Below the pieces are notes generated by a model, which searched no databases, was not told the DNA's origin, and saw only the letters and a program-made list of their open reading frames with translations. From positions 46,117,290 to 46,181,289 of the forward strand of contig NC_057728.1 of the NCBI RefSeq assembly GCF_004010195.1: a stretch of 64,000 nt of DNA, read 5' to 3'. The first letter of the stretch is position 1, and each line of letters opens with the position of its first letter. Of this stretch, positions 1 to 13,204 are shown piece after piece. The DNA is from Chiloscyllium plagiosum (Eukaryota). A program made the translations under genes and the position numbers.

Positions 1-235
1 TTATGCTCCTCAGATCCTGTCTTGCAGCATCGTATTTACCCTTCCCCCAATTGTAAAACCTGCCCTGTTGCACGCACCTATCTCTCTCCATAACCAAGGT
101 GAAAGTCACAGAATTGTGGTCACCATCACCAAAATGCTCACCCACTAACAAGCCCATCACTTGTCCCCGTTCGTTACCAAGTACCAAATCCAATATGGCC
201 TCCCCTCTGGTCGGACAATCTACATACTGAGGCAT
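1..235 (-). mobile_element. CR1 LINE ORF2 fragment (end of APE domain)
   Basis: Minus strand reads QYVDCPTRGEAILDLVLGNERGQVMGLLVGEHFGDGDHNSVTF, matching CR1 APE text elsewhere in the window (40247, 57505). Confidence 0.85.
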
Positions 236-249
236 TTAATTCTCTCATG

Positions 250-1320
250 CATGTTCTGTCAGTAAAATCTTACCGTCTGCAATAGTGCGACACCAAAGAC
301 AGAGATAGTTGTCAAAGTTATGCATCATAAAAAGTTTCAGGTATAAGTCTTCTGCATGATGAAAATCCTATGCTTCGTGTTCAAAAACTCTGTCATCTGT
401 GCAAATCAATTATTCCAAAATACAGCATGAGACATTAGCTCATTACGTGGTTTTACACGAGTTATTTGGCAATAAGGTGCGCACAGATCACAAGCTACTA
501 GAAATTTTCTGTTGCAAATCATTAATTAGAGCACAACCATGTCTGTAGTATTTACTGGTTAAACTGCAAGGATATGACTTTGAAATGAAATGTTACCCAG
601 GCACCAGGATGATTGTGTTTGATACACCGAGTAGATGACCCAACCCACATAAAGATCAAGATATTTCTCTTGATCTATATGTTGAAGTGCCAGAGTATGA
701 AGTTGAAAATTTTCTCAAGGCTGATCTGCTCCAATTTGCCCAAAACCAGAACAGTTGCAATCGTTAAGCATGAGCAACTACAAGAATGGCAAAAGGTCAT
801 TATCCAGGGATGGCCTGACAGTTTTGAAGAAGGACCAGAGAAGATCTGTCCATTTTGGTCACACAGAAATCACTTTAACAATTTTTAATGGCAAGCATTA
901 CATCAGGATATCATGTCCATGTCACATCTGAATCACTTGGGTATTGAATGCACACAACATGAGCACATCAATCTGTGTTGTAGCCAAGGATGAATCAGGA
1001 TATTCGACAACTCATGAACGCATATGAGGCATTTCAAATATATCAATCCCAGCAGCAGAGAAAGCCTTCATATCTACACGAATATTGACCTTGTCCTTGA
1101 ACAAAAGTAGCAACAGACCTATCCTTATGTCCAGGGAAAATTAACTTCTTTTGATAGATTGTTTTATTCAAAGGTCAATGAATTAGCAATGCATTGAACA
1201 TGACCATTGTTCACACAATGAGCTCTATTTTCAGTTTATTTGGTATCCCACAATAAGATATTGTCTGATGATGGAATGAACATAACTTACAAATAATTGC
1301 ATGACGTGTTTCCTAAATAG
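250..1320 (+). mobile_element. Decayed Ty3/Gypsy pol (RNase H to integrase)
   Basis: Broken frames give SKTLSSVQINYSKIQHETLA, TDHKLL, LLVKLQGYDFEMK, IIQGWP..ICPFWSHR, HLGIE, KVATDL, FSLFGIP and SDDG in Gypsy order. Confidence 0.75.
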
Positions 1321-1329
1321 GGGTCTGGC

Positions 1330-1935
1330 AACGAGTTACTTACAGCAGGTTTCAAAGCTCTAACCTGCTCTTACAGCTGTAATATTTATATGGCTATTCC
1401 AGTGTAGATTCTGGTCAATAGTAACACCCAAAATGTTGACAGTGGTTGGATTCTCTCTTGTTGGAGCTGGTCATTGCCTGGATTTTGTGTGCCATAAATC
1501 TTACTTGCCACTTTTTCAGCACAAACCTGGATAATGTCCAGTATTTGCTGCGTTTAGACATGAACAGCTTCAGGATCTGAGGAGTCGTGAATGATGATGA
1601 ATAAGATGCAATCATCAGTGGATATCTGTAATTCTGACCTTATAATTAAACAGAGAAGATCATGGGTGAGTCAGCTGAAGATGGTTAAGCCTTGGACATT
1701 ATCTTGAGGAACTCCTGCAGCGATATGTTGATGTGAAATGACGGGCCTTCAATAACTGTCACTATCTTACTTTGTACTAGATACCACACCAACAGGAGAG
1801 GTTTCCCCCGACTCCCAGTTTTGATACAGCTCCTTTACATCACATTTGATCGAATATGTCCTTGATGTCAAGGGCAATCACTCTCTCCTCACCTCTGGAA
1901 TTCAGTTCTTTTTTCCATGTTCAAACCAGGGTTAT
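1330..1935 (-). mobile_element. Old CR1/L2-group LINE RT fragment
   Basis: Minus strand gives VIALDIK (~1860-1880) and AGVPQDNV (~1695-1720), RT motifs with many lesions. Confidence 0.65.
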
Positions 1936-2075
1936 AGTGAGAATAAATTGTCAAACATGTGAAGCATTATGTTGAAATTTAAATTGATTGTCTTGTAAAC
2001 TCTGTTTTACCCCGTTTTTTTTTATTATTGAATTGACAACTGTATATACCTGTACAGGATAAGGTTTTATCTTTG

Positions 2076-2370
2076 AAAGAAGAGAATGCTGAGTCATGTC
2101 TTACGTCAAGAGACATGGTTGTGATATCATCACTGTATCATTACATGTGAATTGATAATATAAAGATCATCGATTCCATCTTAACTCAGGTCAATGGAAC
2201 CATGACATTCGAAGAGAAGCATGGTGCTGTTTGTAAAGTTTATGTAAAATTTGATACTTGGATGTATCATATATATATTAGCCATCAGTAGTAAATAGCA
2301 GTTGATTCCTTTTAACCGCACAATATCCGTGCATAGTTTCTTACATGCAAAGGGATGTCATAAGCACTGC
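2076..2370 (+). mobile_element. Possible polypurine tract plus 3' LTR of the upstream Gypsy relic
   Basis: Purine run aaagaagagaa followed by TG, downstream of the pol relic. No second LTR is visible to confirm it. Confidence 0.3.
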
Positions 2371-4609
2371 TGCATCAAGTAAGATATCCTGCTGGAGGCA
2401 AACCCTCCATTAATAGGAATGGTCATCAGTCCAATTAATCTGTGTGAATGTTTGCAAGGAGTCACCTATAATGGTCCAAATCCTTTACTCCCTTCCTTCA
2501 GTTACCTGTGTTGCTACATATATAGATACTTTTGGGTGTGCAGTGACTGCATGTTATTGCAAATTGAGATTTTTCACCTCTTCATTTCTATTCATGTTTC
2601 ATAATGTTTTTGTGATGTTTTACGGTCTCAGAAATTTGCCATCAAATAGGCAAATCTGGTGAATTTAAAAGAAAGGTTGATAATAGATACATAAACTTGC
2701 CAGATGCATCCAGATAATATATTCAGGTTTATTCAGTTATTTTTGATGTCTATAGCAGAAAAAGAGCATGGCATCAGACAAACTCCAGCTGCATCCATAT
2801 AAAGACTGCAAACAACTGCCTAAACTAAAATTAAAGCACATCCGTGTCTGCAGGATGCATGTGCACTGATTCAGCATTCAGTCCTATTTCACCACTATTG
2901 TTTTACTTCTAACTATTGCTTTTTTCCTGTTCATCCAGTATTTTTCAAGGTGACATTCAATTTACCTCAAATACTTAAAATATGGATATAATAAATGGGT
3001 CTTTGGGCACTTGCTTGAGATTGATATTGTCATGCAGCTTGTGTAGAGACGAGGAGAAATAAAATGGATTTTCTGGCAGAGGACTAGTTCATCATTCTAG
3101 TCGACACTTGTTATTGATCTTTTTTCTATTTGTTTGCAATTTTGCCGCCACTGATTGAGCCATGGTTCTAAATCTTGAAATGACTTGCATGCTGTTTGGA
3201 TGGAGCTTTATTGGGCAAATAAACTTCAAATGTTTCATTTGACATCTTGATTCATTTTGATTTATTGCAAATTAACAGCTTCTTTCTCATTTCATCAACC
3301 ATTATTGTTCGATTCTTGCCAAACTTTTCCGTCACTACTCACTATCTATGCATAGTAGATACAATCTTCTGGTAATGCGGAAAGCTTTTATTCAGGTTAA
3401 TATAGTCTTTTTCCAATTTTCTCTATATGGAGACATTTTGATCGCTGATTCGGAGCATTTCATGTCCTTCAGAGGTAGTTTACTGGAAAGCCTTCACTGT
3501 GACAGCTGACAGCTGTTCCCACTTGCGTCTTGTTTGCTTTTCTCACCCAGACCAACTGCTCATGCCTCATTCATGCACTGGCTGGATTCTGGCTGTCTCA
3601 GTTCTGTGGTCCTCTCCCTATACAGCTCCATTTTATCACCGTTCTTTACTTCAATCACTTTCCTACAAGGAAATGTTGTATTCCACCATAAATGTAAACT
3701 GCTCCTACTCTTTCAGATGCTAGCCAACCAGGAACCCATTTCTCATGCTTGCTGTTCATCAGTATTTCACAAATGATGTGATGATTCCCTTTGCACTGTG
3801 GGATTCTACTGTGAGGAACTGGAGCTCCCTCTCAATATATCTTTTCATTTCTTCTTGCTGAACATTGTATATGTTTTTCTTTGTGACTTTTATTGACATT
3901 AGTGTATCGTTCAATAATTGTTTCTTTATGATAAGAAAAGCCTTCTGCCATACCTTCTTATCAAAGCTGTGGCTGGAAAGATATATCAAGCGAATTTTCA
4001 GAGCTCCTTGGCCAATTCTGTTCTCTAAATCAGCCAGAAAGAGACACAAAATCATTTGTGAACAGATGCAGGATGAGCTATGAGAGTTCTTTTAAAAGTT
4101 ATTGGAAAACAGGTTAAGTTCACTGAAATTATGCACTTGATATAACGCAGGGATTATTAGATCTGTGCTTCAATTTGTTTATATCTGAAAATATCTCCCA
4201 AAGGCTAAACAAAGCAGTTCCTGGAGAAAAGAAAAACAAATATTTGTCACTTGGGCACAGACATACACAGATTTATGGAGGAGGTATTGCAGGAGGCAAG
4301 AATTTATATTGATGTAGTGTCTTTCAAATTTTCTCATGGCACTTTGCAATGAATAATTTACTTCTGAAGTTTAGTCACTACACACAACATGATTCTTTAA
4401 AACAGGAATGAAACAAATTACTTATTAAACTTTTATTTTGAGTGTCATTGTGATCTGATCTACATATTTTGAGGCTCTTCCTTCCTGTGAATAATCTTCT
4501 CATGAGCAGAGAAGGAAGGCTACTACCTCTTTAGTTTAATTTTTACCCTCTTATCTGTATTGGGGAATGGGGACAGTTAAAATTGATTCTATTGAACCTT
4601 TGATATTTT

Positions 4610-4715
4610 TAATCAATCTGTTCAGACGTGCAATGATACATCACTGGAGCAATTAGGACTTGAACTTGGAGCTTTCAAGTCCAGAGGTAAGCACACTGCC
4701 AGTGTGCCACACAAC
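4610..4715 (-). mobile_element. Short tRNA-like SINE; related copy at 42735-42830 (+)
   Basis: Reverse complement aligns by eye with 42735-42830 (ggttcaagtcc..tgctccag...ctgaacag.ttg). Confidence 0.5.
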
Positions 4716-5402
4716 CCCACCCATCTATTATGTTATAGACTTGACTCAAGGAGACTCTGCTCCTTGACATTCCCATTTGATTGAATTAACCATGCAATTT
4801 CCCCAAGTTCAAGAATCATTGTATTCTTGAACTTGGTTATTGTCATCTGAATGTATTTTTAAAATTCTCACTTGAGACAGCAATCCAATTTTCAGATTGG
4901 TTCTCTATTTATTCAAATTTTCTCATCAATTTTAACTTTACTAAATTCTTCCTCTCCCAGCTCTGTGTTGACTCTTTCCAAGGTACAGTCCCATTGGAAT
5001 GCTCCAATATTTTATTTAAGCAGCTTTATTTAAGAATTTTATCAGTGCAAACCAGAAACTGACCTGAATATAGCAGTGATTATAATCAAGAATAATTCTG
5101 TCCTCATACAATGTCTACACTCATTAACTTTTGAGCTTATTGTTGGGAGGTTGTGGGGATGGGGTCATTTTGGGCAGGATGACTATCGAGATGTGAACCT
5201 CTCGCTATTCTTTCTTCCTTAAGTGTGATCAGTCTAGTGACCATCAACATCATGCTAATTTCACTGATCGAAAAGATCCACCTAAAAGCTTTCAAAGCTA
5301 AAATCTAGGTGTTGTAATGACGGCTTGAGTTAGAATCATAGAATTTCTCAGAGCAAGAGGATTTATTCTAGATGATATTATTTGATAATTTCATACTTGA
5401 CT

Positions 5403-5760
5403 TTGGGAGTAGATTAGCTCAGTTGGCTGGACAGCTGGTTTGCAATGGTTTGCAATATTTCCTGATAAAGAGCTTTATGCTCTAAATGTCGACTCTCCTG
5501 CTTCTCGGATGCAGCCTAACCGGCTATGCTTTTTCAGCACCAGACATTTTGACTCTGAGCTAGTTTGTAATGTTGAGTAATGCCAACAGAATGGGTACAA
5601 TTTCTGCACAGCTGAAGTTACCATGAAGGACTGTCCTTCTCAACCTCTCCCTTAACATGAGACATGGCGACCCCGAGGTTAAACCAGTACAATTCACATA
5701 TCTCTCTCTAAAGTGATAAACCCTATGTTCTTATGGTAGTATGATGTTGACTTTACCTTT
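5403..5760 (+). mobile_element. tRNA-derived SINE interrupted by a PLE tail; related copies ~52600-52940 and ~60760-60920
   Basis: A-box-like tagctcagttgg. The core gttaccatgaa...gtgaccctcagg.taaa is shared with 60808-60885. Confidence 0.55.
5459..5558 (+). mobile_element. PLE family A tail insertion with decayed HHR
   Basis: cctgataaagagctttatgctctaaatgtcgactctcctgc.. matches the family A tail. Imperfect flanking duplication gctggtttgcaat (5434) / gctagtttgtaat (5559). Confidence 0.7.
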
Positions 5761-5834
5761 TCACTTTTATGTCTTCATTCTAAAACTGTCATTCAAATTT
5801 TGCCTATACCTGAATGTCAAAACTGATATTTTTT

Positions 5835-6180
5835 AAAATTCATTCACATGATGTGGACACAATGGGGGCTCAGACAGCATTTATTGTCCATCCCTAAATG
5901 CCAGGATGGCAGTTAGTCAACCGCTTTGCTCTAGGAATGGAGTCACACGTCGGCCAGACCAGGTACAGAAGAGGATCCCTTCCCTAAAGGAGATTAGTGA
6001 ACCAAATGGGTTTTTCCTCACAATTGACAATGGATTCATGGTCATTTTAATTCCAAAAAAATTGTTGAATTCAAATTCCACCATCTGCTGTGGTGAGATT
6101 TGAACTCAGTGCCCCCAGATGTTACCTGGGTCTGGTGGATTAACAGTCCAGCAATAACACCACTAAGGCATTACTTCCCC
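5835..6180 (-). mobile_element. Shark tRNA-derived SINE, second family
   Basis: Reverse complement aligns with 18700-19190 (gagttcaaatc.cac...gcagat...aatttgaattcaa...ttcactaat.tcctttagg). Confidence 0.7.
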
Positions 6181-8889
6181 TTATGTAGTGAAAGAGTTAA
6201 GATAACTGACACTTATCAAATATTGTAGTCACAGGTGGGATATGAAGACACAGCTCAGGATATTATATTTGATACAGATTAGAAAATGAATCATCTGCCC
6301 TTGCTGGCTGAGAGGGCAAGTGATAATCATGCAGCAAACATCCGTACATCCAATGTGATTGCATACGAGCTGTACAGCCAACTGACAGTAACATCACTGC
6401 AGTGAAAACAAAGGTTTAGAAATAATCCATTTTTGTTCAGAAATGAATGAAAATGTAATCCATGGATGGATAATGAGTTCCTGAAGAACAAGATTTGTGT
6501 TTAATTATAATAAAACATATGTGAAATATCCAAGTTGAGAAAGCTCATCAAAGCCTATCTGTAATGATAATGACAAAATATAAATGACAGTGTACAATTA
6601 AGCTATGAAAATTAAGCTTCAGTATTTCATATCCCTTCATTGAGCAAATGAGTTTTCATGTGTCTGAATTACAACATCAAATCTCCACCTGACAGATATA
6701 TTCATTTCATTCTATAGTAGTTCCAATCACACCACAAGCTAAATGTCCTCCAGCATTTCTTGTTTAAGTTTCATCTTTACCACCTTTACCCAAGTCATCT
6801 TCCTTCTCATGAACCACAAGGCAAAATGATCCCAAAGGACTCCACTACTCTTAGCAATAAGACTGACCTAATAACTGGTAGCCAAATAAATATAGTATCT
6901 CAATATACAGAATTTGATTCAAGCTTTATTGTTTGGACTGACGGAGTTAGATTTGCTGTTTCCAAGACCCAGATATTTATTTTGCATATCTTTAATGTTT
7001 AACATCATCTGCTTGTCTATCCCTCGGGTGAGACAAAATAGCTACACAGGAATATCAAGACTCAACCCTCTAATTATGCAGCATAGTATCTAATGTGCTA
7101 TGTTCTTCAGTCTGCCAGCAAAGGAGCAGATTTTCATTAAATGATGCATTATACAACAGTCCATGCATTAAACAGGGAGTCTAATGATGATTAATAGGGA
7201 AGTGTGCCTCAACAAGCAATTACTCTTCAGAAAAAGCTTTATATAAGCCTATGATTAGACAGTTTTACTGAATGCATCTCATTTGTATCAGAAAGGTTTT
7301 TGTGAGCATGTTACTCTGCATTTCCAACACTTGGATCTGTTTGAATGCCTGCATTTTATTTTCTGCTTTGTCAGAATTGATTTTGTTGAATATATTGCAG
7401 TATACACAAATAACAAAGAGACAAATGACCAATTTAATTCCTTCAACTAAGGCCACAGATTTTAGACTACTATCCTTTAAATGTTAGAATACAAATTCAC
7501 GTTCTCATTTTAATCTAGCTATAGTCATAGATTGTTATATCTAGAAATCTAATTTAATGTGAGTTACCCATTTTAACAAATAAATTGAGAAGTAGAAATG
7601 AATGTGAAATCCTTCAATAATGTGCTGCAGTTCTATGAGAATCCCATTTGCTTTTCAAAGACTTACTGATACAATCACCTTACTTTCCAGAGTGAGGTTC
7701 ATGTCAATCCTATGTTTATATTAGACAACTAAAAGTTGCAACAAGATAACATATTAGTCTAATGTATTAGCTAGTACCAGAACTATATTTTGCAACTCAA
7801 AATTGTAGCTGATAAGCATTTGTTTATGAAATATTTGTCAGAATCTTTCAGGTAGTTTAGCAATGTAACATGTACAGAATCAGAAGAGAAGTCCAACAAG
7901 GGTTATCTTGATGTCAGTATGAGCTTGCTGTACCTTTTATGCATTTGCCACACAGAGAGTTGCCAATGAAGGCAGATTATGGCTTGTTAAATGCTTCATC
8001 ATTGCCTTAACTTACCTCATTAATATTCAGCTTGCCTCGCTTACCAATTGCACTGAACAAGGTAGGTGTCAAGAATTCTACACATGAATGTCAGAGGGTA
8101 CATTTCACTGCTGGCTGAGTTCTGTGTTGTTCGGGGCATGATCCACCGACTCCAGCTGCACATACCCCTTGTCCACAGATATTGGCATCTGAGATTTGCC
8201 AAGCCTTCACGACCCTTTACGGCACCTGCCCAATCCGTGTGCAGGCCTCTTAGGAAGCACAGGCCTGTGTTGCAGGTTGCATTGACCATTAGCATAGAAA
8301 TGGGGCACTTTGCATTCAGGTACAGGCACCGACACATGGATTGGACCAGGCTGCATCTAAGGGCTGCTTGATAGCTGTCCTAACACTTGCTTACTTAGCG
8401 CCTAACTATTGGTTGGAGCTTACATCCTTTGCCTTGCCCTACCTCATGATCCATGGGCACTCCTCATTTCAGTCAAGGGTGGGTAGCTGTTGGTCAGCGG
8501 GTTCTGGTGCAATCAGTCATGGGCACAGTACAAATACAGACCAGAGGTTTCGACATGGTCATTTATTAGCTTGGAATGCTAACCATCAGAGGATCAGTCC
8601 AGCGAGTGAACAAGGATCCGTTCTGTTGGGTCAGCAACAGTAATAGGGGGAGCGACATAATGTCATTGGGAAGCTGCAACAATAGTAGTCAGATGTCTTG
8701 TCAGTTGTGGCTACGATCTGCTTATCAACGTCAGTCAATGATTTTGGGGGAGTACAGCCCTGTGGGGGGTTGGGGCTCAGTCCATCCATTGTTAAGGAGG
8801 CTGCAATTGTGGTCAGTGTGGGTGGTGGTGAGATTGATGATAAAAGGGGAGGGAGTCAAAGCTGTGAGGAGAAAACAGGAGCTGGATTT

Positions 8890-9460
8890 AGTATAAGAAA
8901 AAAGTGGAAGCAGATGGATTTCAGTGCAGGTAAGATGCAGTTTTCTAGTCTGGGCCAAAAAATGGGCAGATACAAATATTATATAGTTGAGCAAAACCAT
9001 TGTCTAAAGAGCATTATGTAAGCGATTACAATGCTGGTCCAGTTACACAGATCACTAAAATGTGCTGGTCAGGTACAAAAAAAACTAAAAGAAAAATGGA
9101 ATGTTGGCTTTTATAAGTGCGAGGGAAGGTTTGGGGGGGGGTCTAGGATTTAAAGGGGGAAGTGTTTTGCCATTGTTATTCAAAATTCTAGCTATGCAAC
9201 CTCTGCTGTTCTGGGTTCTACAGATTAGGAAGGCTCTATATTGCTAGCAGAAGGAGTGAAATGTAAATGCAGCTCAAAGTTGATAACACTTGAAGCATGA
9301 GATTACAAGGTTTTCATTAATTAGACTTGCATTCCCTGGAATTTAGAAGGTTAAGGGTGATTTGATTCAGGTTTTTCGGATTTGAAAGAACTTTTTGGTG
9401 TAAAGAAACTTTATCCAATCAGTTCAGAACGAGAGGATCAAACAGAAAATCAAAGCCAGA
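8890..9460 (+). mobile_element. Highly decayed CR1 3' ORF2 fragment
   Basis: KWKQMDFSAGK and SLEFRRLRVI-like text, as in other CR1 copies. Confidence 0.6.
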
Positions 9461-9463
9461 CAG

Positions 9464-10980
9464 AGTTAAAAATCACGCGACACCAGGTTATAGTCCAAGA
9501 GGTTTATTTAGAAGTACAAGCTTTTGGAGCGCTGCTCCTTCGTCAGGTAGTTATTGGAGCAGGATAATAGGACACAGAATTTCTCGCAAAAGAGGAAAGT
9601 ATCAAACAACTGATGTGATGTATTGAACAAACCTAGACTGCTGTTAAGTCTTTCATCACTTAGAATGGGGATATAGGTTTTGATTGATTATAATGTAATT
9701 CACAGAACTTCTTTCAAGTCACAGTCCTGAGATAACTTAAGGTTTTATCCATAGAAGAAAAAGTGATATCTCAGCATAGACAATGCATTAATGGTGTACG
9801 GTTAGAATGTGTATGTATCCCATTCTTGAGTTAGATTGGTTCTGTTTCTGAAGTAGGAATTTATAAAATGTCACATGGACTGACTGCCTACAAATTGTGT
9901 GCTTTTTGAACAAAGTAAAATGCATCTGTAAATACAAATTTGCAAATGTAAATTCACCCCATAGACTTATATGTGTGTGTGCGTGTGCCTGTGTATGTGA
10001 GGCGGGCGGGTGGGGTGAAGGGGTGACGGGGGAGAGAGAGAGAGATAGAGAGAGAGAGAGTGAAAAAGAGTGAAAGAGAGAGAGTGTGTGTATTTGTGAG
10101 AGAGAGAGAGGGTGTGAGTGTGACTGGTGTGTGCATGCTTGATAAAATGTGTGTGTGATTGTAATAGAGTATATACCTGTGAGAGGGTGTGTACATGAGT
10201 GTGAGTGAGTGTGTGTCTGAGAGAGGGTCTGTGTGAGTGTGCGAGTCTGATTGTGTATAAGAGAATGTGTGTAGGTGTGTGTACGTGTGCTTGTGTGTGA
10301 GTATGTGTGTGAGTGCATAGTGCAGTGGAGTCACCTGTAGTGTGACATGAACCAAAGATTCTGATTGAGGCCATCCTCATGGGTACCAAAATTAGCTATC
10401 AGCCTCTGCTTGGTAACTCTGCTTTGTTGCGTATTCCAAAGTCCACCTTGAAGGACAGTCATCCAAAGATCCAAGGCCAAATGTCCTTGACTATTGAAGT
10501 GATCCCGGACTGGGAGGGAACATCCCTGCCTGTTGAGTTTTGCGCGGCGTCCATTCATCCGTTGTCATAGCATTTGCTTGGTCTCGCCAATATGCTACAC
10601 CTTAGGGCATCCTTGCCTGCAGTGCATGAGATAGATAACATTGGCCAAGTCACATGAGTATCTATCATGCACATGGTGTGTGGCATCCCCACATGTAATG
10701 GTGGTATCCATGTCGACACTCTGTCACGTCTTGCAGTGGTTGCCATGACAGAGTTGTATGGTGTTGTGGTCAATGTTGTCCTGAAGACTGGGCAGTTTGC
10801 TGCGAATAATAGTCTGTTTAAGGTTTGGTGGTTGTTTAAAGGTGAGAAGTGGAGGTGTAGGGATGGTCTTGATGAGATGCTCATCCTCATTGATAACATG
10901 TTGAAGGCTATGGAGAACATAGGTGTATGGCTATGGTGTAGTTTCTCTGCTCCTGGGAAGTACTGGACGACGAAGGGTAC
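9464..10980 (-). mobile_element. PLE family B (Neptune-like) 3' half, inverted arm
   Basis: Reverse-complement homolog of 11111-12655: GIY-YIG region, CA/CT microsatellite 3' UTR, tail with HHR-like motif at ~9515-9550. Confidence 0.9.
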
Positions 10981-12151
10981 AAAGGTACTGAAGGAGACCC
11001 TCATAAGAATGGAATATGATGCTCATCTCATCGATTGCCTGTTCTGACATGCCATAGTGAGAAACTGTATTGATCTCCTCAGGGGACAGACATGGGATGC
11101 GACTGATGGGGTACACTTTATCGTCCAGTATTTCACAGGAGCCAAGAAAGTATGCCACTTTTCTCCACAGCCTTCAACACATTATCGATGAGGAAAGGCA
11201 CCTCACCAAGACCTTCGCTATGCCTTCACTTCTTGCTTTTAAACAACCACCAAACCTCAAACAAACGATTGCTTGCAGCAAACTGCCCACCACCAGGACA
11301 ACATCAACTACAACACCAGAGAAGCCTATTATGGCAACCACTGCAAGACGTGTCAGAATATCGACATGGTTACTACCATTACACATGGGGACACCACCCA
11401 CTATGTGCACGGCAGGTACTCATGCAACTTGGCCAACGTTGTCTATCTTATATGCTGCGGGCAAGGATGCCCCGATGCATGGTACATTGGTGAGACCAAG
11501 CAGAAGCCACGACAATGGATGAATGGACACTGCACAACAATCCCCTCCACTCCCTCCGTTCCAACCCCAACCTCACCATCAAACCAGCTGACACCTGACC
11601 TGCTGTGCTGTTCCAGCAATAAAGTTTCAACTTTGATCTCCAGCATCTGCAGACCTCACTTTCTCCACTGCACAACAATCACCAGACAGGGGTGTTCCCT
11701 CCCAGTCGAGGAACACTTCTGCGGTCAGGGACATTTAGCCTTAGATCTTCAGGTTACCATCCTCCAAGGTGGACTGCAGGATATGCAACAATGCAGAGTT
11801 GCCGAACAGAGGCTGATAGCTAATTTTGGTACCCATAAAGATGGCCTCAATCGGATCTTGGGTTCATGTCACACTACAGGTGACCCCACTACACTGTGCA
11901 CTCTCACACACACACAAGCGCACACACTCTTACACACTATCAAACTCGCACACTCATGCAGACCTTCTCTTATACACACTGTCTCTCTCAGACACACACA
12001 CACTCATACTCATGCACACACCCTCTCATAGGCATATACTCTGTCACACTCACGCACATACCCTATCAAGCATGCATACATGCACACACAGACACACACA
12101 GAGTCTCCATCTCTTTCTCACTCTCTCTCACACGCACACACACACATACAC

Positions 12152-12191
<40 letters not shown>

Positions 12192-12690
12192 TCTCCCTCA
12201 AATGCATGCATGAACACACAGATATAAATCTATGGGGCGAATTTGCATTTGCAGATTTGTATTTGCAGATACATTCTATTTTGTTCAAAGAACACACAGT
12301 CTGTAGGCAGTCAGCCCATGTGACATTTTATAAATGGGCTGAGATGTCACTATTTTTTATATACTGATAAATCCTTAAATCATCTCGGGACTGTGTGACC
12401 TGAAAGAAGTTCTTGAATTAACATATTAATTAATCAAAACCTGCATCCCTATTTTAAGTGATTAAAGATTTAACAACAATCTAGGTTTGTTCAATACATC
12501 TCATCAGTTGTATGCCACTTTGATCTTTTACTATGAATTCTGTGTCCTATGATCTTGCCCAGCTAGCTATCTGACAAAGGAGCAGTGCTCCAAAAGCTTG
12601 TACTTCCAATTAAACCTGTTGAACTATAACCTGGTGTTGTGTGATTTTTAACTATGTCCGCCCAGTCCAAAGCCGGCACCTCCACACTTT
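10981..12690 (+). mobile_element. PLE family B 3' half: linker, Cys-rich region, GIY-YIG endonuclease, microsatellite UTR, tail
   Basis: ORF 11273-12031 contains HCKTC..YSCNLANVVYLICCGQGCPDAWYIGETKQKPRQWMNGH...HF...EQRLIANFGTHKDGLN, a PLE GIY-YIG. Confidence 0.92.
11543..11665 (+). mobile_element. PLE family A tail nested in the family B endonuclease
   Basis: Perfect 15-bp TSD cactgcacaacaatc at 11528-11542 and 11666-11680. Ends in ctccagcatctgcagacctcactttctc. Confidence 0.9.
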
Positions 12691-13204
12691 AGAGACAAGC
12701 TTGGACTCGTATCCAAAAAAAGGAAAATGCTAACTAATTTTAATAATTTTGTATCTGAGACCAACAGACATTTTACTAGGAAAAATGGATAAAAGGATAT
12801 GGCACTAGAATGGAGTTAGCAGTCTCCTATCAAAGAAAGAACAAAGAACAAAGAAAATTTACAGCCCAGGAACAGGCCCTTCAGCCCTCCAAGCCTGAGC
12901 CGATCCAAATCCACTGTCTAAACCTGTCACCCAATTCCTAAGCATCTGTCTCCCTCTGCTCCCCACCTACTCATCCATCTGTCCAGACACATCTTAAATG
13001 AATCTACGGTGCCTGCCTCTACTACCTCTGCTGGGAATGGATTCCAGGCACCTACCACCCTTAGTGTAAAGTACCAGCCTCATGTATCCCACTTAAACCT
13101 TTCACCTCTCACCTTGAAAGCATGCCCTCTCATTATTGAATCCTTCACCCTGGGAAAAAATTATCTCTATCTACCCTGCCTATACCCTTCATGATTTTAT
13201 GGAC

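Noticed and set aside
9788..10389. Long His/Thr/Ser-rich ORFs (also 11826-12367)
   Set aside because: Translations of CA/CT microsatellite in the PLE 3' UTR.
10724..10726. In-frame TGA at a Cys position (CKT*Q) of the inverted PLE arm, suggesting a selenocysteine-encoding PLE
   Set aside because: The sister arm has TGT at this site, the copy has many other lesions, and I saw no SECIS element. Simple decay explains it.
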